Positions 59,314-64,000 of a stretch of 64,000 nucleotides of DNA are shown one piece after another (the first letter of the stretch is position 1; the number at the start of each line of letters is the position of its first letter). Position numbers and translations under genes: made by a program. The notes under the pieces are model-generated. The model was not told the origin of the DNA. It did no database searches and saw only the letters and a program-made list of their open reading frames with translations. Origin of the DNA: Candidatus Hydrothermarchaeota archaeon (GTDB taxonomy: Archaea > CAYFZR01); NCBI GenBank assembly GCA_046760505.1, contig JBHIEG010000004.1, positions 1 to 64,000 on the forward strand, in the 5' to 3' direction.

Positions 59314-59593
59314 AAGAGGACCCTACTTATTTAATGCTGATTTTATTCTATCTCCCATCCTAACTTATTATCTCCTCCTCTCTCTTTCCTGCATCCCTAT
59401 AAAGGAGGTCGGATAAAAATAAAGGGTGGAACACGACTAATTTAAACCATTAATAAAATAATCTCGGATATTATCGCGCATAGAACAAGTATCGCTGTAT
59501 TTTTCTATCAAAAAATTTGTAAAGTCTGACAAACGTCTTAAACACATTTATATACTTGTTATTCTAAGAATTAAATGTTCGGAGGGGGGCAAT

Positions 59594-60838
59594 GTGCTCA
59601 ACGAACTCGTAATAGATGATTTGGGATTAACCAAAGAGGAGTTGTATCATTTATTCAAGGGAAAGTACAGTGCGGAATGGTTGCACAGTCTCTTGGATAC
59701 AAAAGATTCCCAGCCAATTAAGGAGAATGCAGAAGGAATATGGAGTAATGCCGTAAAAGCAGTTATTGACTTGGAATCCTGTAAGTATTATGAAGTGACA
59801 AGTATAAACTTGGGGAAAACAACAAAAATAGCAGGACATTTTGAGGTGGATTTTAAGTCCGAAAAGGCCCATCATGTAATCCAACTAAACGGGCAGAAAT
59901 CAGAGGCTTATATAATCGGGAATACCGAATACCTCTACAAGAATAAATGGAAGAAGACTCACGCAAGACTCGATTATTGGAGTGATGAAGCTAAACTGGA
60001 GGAACTATTGGGTTCAAAAGAAAATGCTAAAATAAGTTTTATCGGCAGTGATAATATAAATGGGGAAGAATGTTGGGTTTTGAAAGTTATACCTAACGAA
60101 AAACAAGAAGATGTCGAAAAAATCGTAAGAGTTTGGGTATCAAAAGAGAGTTACCTGCCATTGAAAAACGTGGTAGAGGCGAAGATAAAAGTTAAGAAGG
60201 GAATTCTCACTTCAACCAAAATAACATCCATATACGATTTCAACGTTCCGATAGATATAAAATTGCCTGATCACCTCCGCCCTCACTTTGCGAGTGTTGA
60301 GATCAACCATAACTTGAATAAAAAGAGATTTTCCGTGACTGGGGAAGTTGAGAATGTGGGCACAATGAACATTGGTTTCATGAGGGTCATTGCTTTCTTC
60401 CGTGATGAAGAAGGAAATCTGATAGATAAAGAATCTTTTGAAACCAACGACATAATAACGCCTGGAATGAAATATCCCTTCGAAATTAGTGTTGGATCAA
60501 CTCCATTTGAAATCGCGAGTTGCGATCTAGATGTTGATTTCATGACGACAAGAGAGAAACCTTATAAGGAGTTAGAGATTTTGAGGAAAGAACTTAAAGT
60601 AACTCACCATCACTATCAGGTCGAGGCGGTTGTGAAAAATAAAGGAGAATTGGATTTAGATAAGGTAAAAGGTATAGGTACTTTCTATGATGCAAAGGGA
60701 AATGTAATAGCCATGGTTAACTCAACAGTAAATAACTTAGCCTCAGGTAAAATCGCCTTACTTTATCTGCAGGTACCTAAAGATAACTTGACTGAGGAGG
60801 TAAGTGATTACTCTGTACAGGTGTTTGTTCCGAGGTAG
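59594..60838 (+). CDS. Hypothetical protein: LolA-like region plus two FxLYD-type domains
   Basis: INGEECWVL...VWVSKE.Y.P; GEVEN.G...FRDEEGN; VKN.G...FYDAKGN. Confidence 0.65.
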   Translation: MLNELVIDDLGLTKEELYHLFKGKYSAEWLHSLLDTKDSQPIKENAEGIWSNAVKAVIDLESCKYYEVTSINLGKTTKIAGHFEVDFKSEKAHHVIQLNGQKSEAYIIGNTEYLYKNKWKKTHARLDYWSDEAKLEELLGSKENAKISFIGSDNINGEECWVLKVIPNEKQEDVEKIVRVWVSKESYLPLKNVVEAKIKVKKGILTSTKITSIYDFNVPIDIKLPDHLRPHFASVEINHNLNKKRFSVTGEVENVGTMNIGFMRVIAFFRDEEGNLIDKESFETNDIITPGMKYPFEISVGSTPFEIASCDLDVDFMTTREKPYKELEILRKELKVTHHHYQVEAVVKNKGELDLDKVKGIGTFYDAKGNVIAMVNSTVNNLASGKIALLYLQVPKDNLTEEVSDYSVQVFVPR

Positions 60839-60847
60839 AATGAACTA

Positions 60848-61246
60848 CTAGAGTCTATCCAACTCATCACCTATTTTTTCTTTTATTATATTCAAAAGCG
60901 CTGTAAAACCATCTATTGCTCTCTTTTCTTCCTCTTTTTTTGCCTCAATTAATTTGAGGTTTGACTCTAGAACATCAACGCACGTTTCGATATTTACTCT
61001 ACCTTTTAGCCAAGCGTATAGTATTAACGATTCCACAATATCCCCTATTTTACCCCTATCTAGACGTGAAGGAAAAAATTCACGAATTCCGGAGGCAATA
61101 CAGGCATTTTTTAAAATTTTGTCTGAAACTTTTTTCCCTCCTGGTTTTTTGAGGGCTTTTGAATAAGAAAGCGAATATATGAAGTTGACAAAACTGTCCC
61201 CAAGCCTTGCCCACCCACTATCTTCCAGAACTGCTCTTAAATTTAA
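60848..61246 (-). CDS. Archaeal ribonuclease III-like protein lacking a canonical start codon
   Basis: Frame stays open well upstream of the track's GTG: LEDSGWARLGDSFVNFIYSLS...KVSDKIL...GDIVESLI.YAWL. Confidence 0.75.
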   Translation of the reverse strand, partial: LNLRAVLEDSGWARLGDSFVNFIYSLSYSKALKKPGGKKVSDKILKNACIASGIREFFPSRLDRGKIGDIVESLILYAWLKGRVNIETCVDVLESNLKLIEAKKEEEKRAIDGFTALLNIIKEKIGDELDRL

Positions 61247-61524
61247 TCCGGGAGAGATTTCAAGAATTCTTTCCTGAAGACTTGAAATTTCTTTATTAAT
61301 CTTTCAGCAGCCTCCTTAAATGCCTGCTTTGGATCTTTATTACCATCTGTAATTACATATATTTTTGGATTACTCAGGAGAGGATGTTCTATTATGTAAG
61401 CAGAAGAAACGACGTTTTCATCTTCAAACAATTCTGTTCTCAATGAGTTGCAAAAGGTATGGTCTTCTCCAATGATCTCAATCTCAAGCATATTCTCGCC
61501 GACCTCAACTAACTTGATCTCCAT
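61243..61524 (-). CDS. rpoL: DNA-directed RNA polymerase subunit L (Rpo11)
   Basis: GEDHT..N.L, AY.IEHPL. Confidence 0.95.
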   Translation of the reverse strand: MEIKLVEVGENMLEIEIIGEDHTFCNSLRTELFEDENVVSSAYIIEHPLLSNPKIYVITDGNKDPKQAFKEAAERLIKKFQVFRKEFLKSLPD

Positions 61525-62133
61525 TTAGAAACCCCCTAGGGCATTCATAATTTTTTCAATTGCTATTTTTTTATCTGTTGCCAGTTCAAATCTACTTTCG
61601 TCAATAACTCTAAATACTCCAATTTTACAGCCTGTTTCAGCGATTTCACGTGGGTCAAATTCGGTAAAGAACGATATTTCAGTCAGTATCTCTGCCAACG
61701 GTTTTGATGAAGAAATTTTGGAACTTTCATCCATCAAGTAAGATAGTTCAATGCATACGTCTACAAGTTCTTCCTCAGGGATGTTACTTTTTAAAATGTT
61801 TCCATGAGAATATGCAAGATGACCAAGGCGCCTTAAGACGTTGGTTACCAGTTTCGGGGAAACAGTCCTTTTACATTCCTTGAATATATCGTTCCAAACA
61901 TAAGTATAGAATCCATTTTTGTCAGCAAGTTTCTTTTTTCTCGCGTTCTCAACTATTTTTTTGATTAAATAGGATGCCTGCTTCAACTGGTCTCTTTCTC
62001 CATAAAGTCTTATCTTAATTTCTCCTGGTCTTGAGTCAATTTTCATGTTTAACTCTTCCAATCTGCTAAATGCAGTTAGCAGGCTTATCCTTTCTTCCTC
62101 GTTTACATGAATACCAATTACTTTCTTCTTCAT
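61525..62133 (-). CDS. DUF2067-like protein
   Basis: 202-aa ORF in the csl4-X-rpoL position known from Thermococcales. Confidence 0.65.
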   Translation of the reverse strand: MKKKVIGIHVNEEERISLLTAFSRLEELNMKIDSRPGEIKIRLYGERDQLKQASYLIKKIVENARKKKLADKNGFYTYVWNDIFKECKRTVSPKLVTNVLRRLGHLAYSHGNILKSNIPEEELVDVCIELSYLMDESSKISSSKPLAEILTEISFFTEFDPREIAETGCKIGVFRVIDESRFELATDKKIAIEKIMNALGGF

Positions 62134-62712
62134 TTATATCATACCCTTCCCATAAAGTGTAGATAACTTTCTGGTTTCCATGTTTTTACATCGAGGACAT
62201 ATCAATGATCTTCTATTCTTTTTCACCATGGAAGCTCTGCACTTGGAGCAGTACGCCTTTATTACCCCCAGATGGTCTTGGACCGTGGAGAGTTGAAGGG
62301 GTAATTTCCCTGCGTTTATTACACTGGCAGTAATGATGTCTCCTGGTCTGAATTCTTCCGTGAGAGAGTTCACGTATGCGTCCTTTACTTGAGAGATATG
62401 TATTCCAGCAAGCGTAGGTACAGGAAGTTCTCTATCCTCTCTGCCTTTGAGTCTAGAAACATCTACGAGAACGAGTTGATCCCTAATTTCTATGACTTTA
62501 CCCATCACAACGTCCTTGTCTTTCAGTGTGGGCGGTGTGCTTGTCTTTGGAAATATCGAAATTACCTTTTCCTTAAGATCTATCAAAACTATGCCTGTTA
62601 AGGATGCGAAAACTTTTCCCTTCTCCTCATAGGTACCTTCTCCTGGTATGAATTCTTCTGAAACACCGAGTATATCTCCGGGAACAACGAAATCGCCACT
62701 CTTAACCTTCAT
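62134..62712 (-). CDS. csl4: Exosome subunit Csl4
   Basis: VVPGD.LG..EE..PG.GTY, S1 domain IHISQ, zinc ribbon CSKC...CPRC. Confidence 0.94.
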   Translation of the reverse strand: MKVKSGDFVVPGDILGVSEEFIPGEGTYEEKGKVFASLTGIVLIDLKEKVISIFPKTSTPPTLKDKDVVMGKVIEIRDQLVLVDVSRLKGREDRELPVPTLAGIHISQVKDAYVNSLTEEFRPGDIITASVINAGKLPLQLSTVQDHLGVIKAYCSKCRASMVKKNRRSLICPRCKNMETRKLSTLYGKGMI

Positions 62713-62853
62713 ACCTACACCTCAACCAATTTGTCTTGGAAACAAACAGGAAAATCTCCATTAATTTTTCTATGGTATATATTTATAAACTTCTCGAAAG
62801 AGCATGAGCTTATAATTAAATTCATAACTTATGTTTGGTCCATAACTATTGTT

Positions 62854-64000
62854 ATGCTTTACTCAGAACTCGCAGACGTATTTGAGAAAGTGGAAGGGAC
62901 AAGCAAGAGACTTGAAAAAATTGAGATAGTTAGCAATCTTTTAAGAAGTTTGGAAGACGATGAAATTCCAATCGTTGTTTTACTTACCCTAGGCAAAATA
63001 TTCCCTGATGGTGATCCAAGGGAATTAGGTGTTTCTTCAAGGACGATAAAAAAAGTATTAACCAATCTGGCGGGATTAAAGGGGGAAGATATTGTGAGAG
63101 CCCACAAAAAAACAGGAGATCTGGGCGGGGCTATAGAAATATTACTTGATAAAAAATCCCAGACCACTCTCAGGGAATCTGCCCCTCTTTCTGTGAGAAC
63201 ACTGTACCAAAAACTCTTGAAGTTGTCGGAGTATAGCGGAGAGGATTCAATGAGAAGGAAGGAGAGATCCCTCTTCGATATATTTGGTAAGTTGTCCCCA
63301 AGAGAGGCGAAGTATGTCGTTAGAACGATCTTGTTTTCTATGTATATAGGGTTTAACGAGGGATTGATGGAAGAGTCAATTTCAAAAGCCTTCAATGTAA
63401 AAATAGATCTAGTCAGGAGATCCAATCAGATAATCTGTGATTTGGGCGAGATCGCCTTAATAGCCAAGCAAGAAGGTAGGGAAGGTTTAGAAAAAATAAA
63501 ACCAAAGCCATTGAAACCTATAAAACCTATGTTGGCAGTAAATGCATCATTAGATGAATTAAAAGGTGAATACGCCTTCGAATACAAGTACGATGGAGCG
63601 AGAATCCAGTTACATAGAAGTTACGACAGGATAAAAATCTTCTCAAGAAGGTTGGAAGATGTAACTCATGCTTTTCCTGAAATTGTCTCGGAAGCATTTG
63701 AAAAAATTGAGGGTAAAGAATACATAATCGAGGGAGAAATTATAGCAGAAAGAATGAAGGAAAAGTTACCTTTCCAAGAACTTCTCCATAGGTTGAGGCG
63801 CAAATATGATGTAGAAGAGAAACTTAAAGATATTCCAATTACACTCTATGCTTTTGATTTGTTGTACTACAAGAGCCTAAATTATGATTCCCTCTTAAAA
63901 AAGCCTTTTTTCCAAAGAAGAGGATTGTTAGAGAGTATAATCAAAGAATCCGATCATATCAAACTTTCTCATCTAACGATTACGGAGGATATGGATGAAA
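62854..64000 (+). CDS. lig: ATP-dependent DNA ligase (3'-truncated by the window; not in ORF track)
   Basis: MLYSELADVFEKVEGTSKRLE..., PMLA, motif I EYKYDGARIQ, FSRRLEDVT..FPE, EGE, AFDLLY. Confidence 0.95.
   Translation, partial: MLYSELADVFEKVEGTSKRLEKIEIVSNLLRSLEDDEIPIVVLLTLGKIFPDGDPRELGVSSRTIKKVLTNLAGLKGEDIVRAHKKTGDLGGAIEILLDKKSQTTLRESAPLSVRTLYQKLLKLSEYSGEDSMRRKERSLFDIFGKLSPREAKYVVRTILFSMYIGFNEGLMEESISKAFNVKIDLVRRSNQIICDLGEIALIAKQEGREGLEKIKPKPLKPIKPMLAVNASLDELKGEYAFEYKYDGARIQLHRSYDRIKIFSRRLEDVTHAFPEIVSEAFEKIEGKEYIIEGEIIAERMKEKLPFQELLHRLRRKYDVEEKLKDIPITLYAFDLLYYKSLNYDSLLKKPFFQRRGLLESIIKESDHIKLSHLTITEDMDE

Noticed and set aside
932-62601. Numerous 60-180 aa ORFs overlapping recognised genes
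   Set aside because: Antisense or off-frame shadows with no independent motifs
62859-63425. 188-aa minus-strand ORF
   Set aside because: Shadow of the DNA ligase gene on the plus strand

Overview
AT-rich euryarchaeal chromosome segment. FtsZ, a PRC-barrel protein, the proteasome beta subunit, the Csl4-DUF2067-RpoL order, ATP-dependent DNA ligase and two tRNAs point to a Methanobacteriota/Thermococci-like lineage (inference from gene content only). It carries much methanogen-type C1 cofactor machinery: an HdrA-MvhD fusion with an 8x[4Fe-4S] polyferredoxin, DmrX, CitG-like, DUF447, CofD/CofE, methanogenesis markers 9 and 11, CobY/CobS/CobZ and a NikMNQO nickel transporter. It also has a MenA-like prenyltransferase and a ~10-heme membrane-anchored cytochrome c. 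Two systems stand out. (1) A translationally coupled minus-strand operon at 44016-52201 joins AksA/D/E/F 2-oxoacid chain elongation to a ThDP enzyme, a BioB-like radical SAM, a Cys-rich protein and marker 11; it is a candidate for the unassigned late steps of coenzyme B biosynthesis. (2) An unannotated RiPP-like locus at 29036-31254 has a 22-aa Cys-rich peptide missed by the ORF track, a 45-aa Cys protein, an HExxH protein and an RRE-radical SAM/SPASM. Its upstream region carries the same 28-bp palindrome found in front of nikMNQO. Family assignments are from motif recognition and memory, not database searches. No CRISPR array, rRNA, integrase or transposase was seen.
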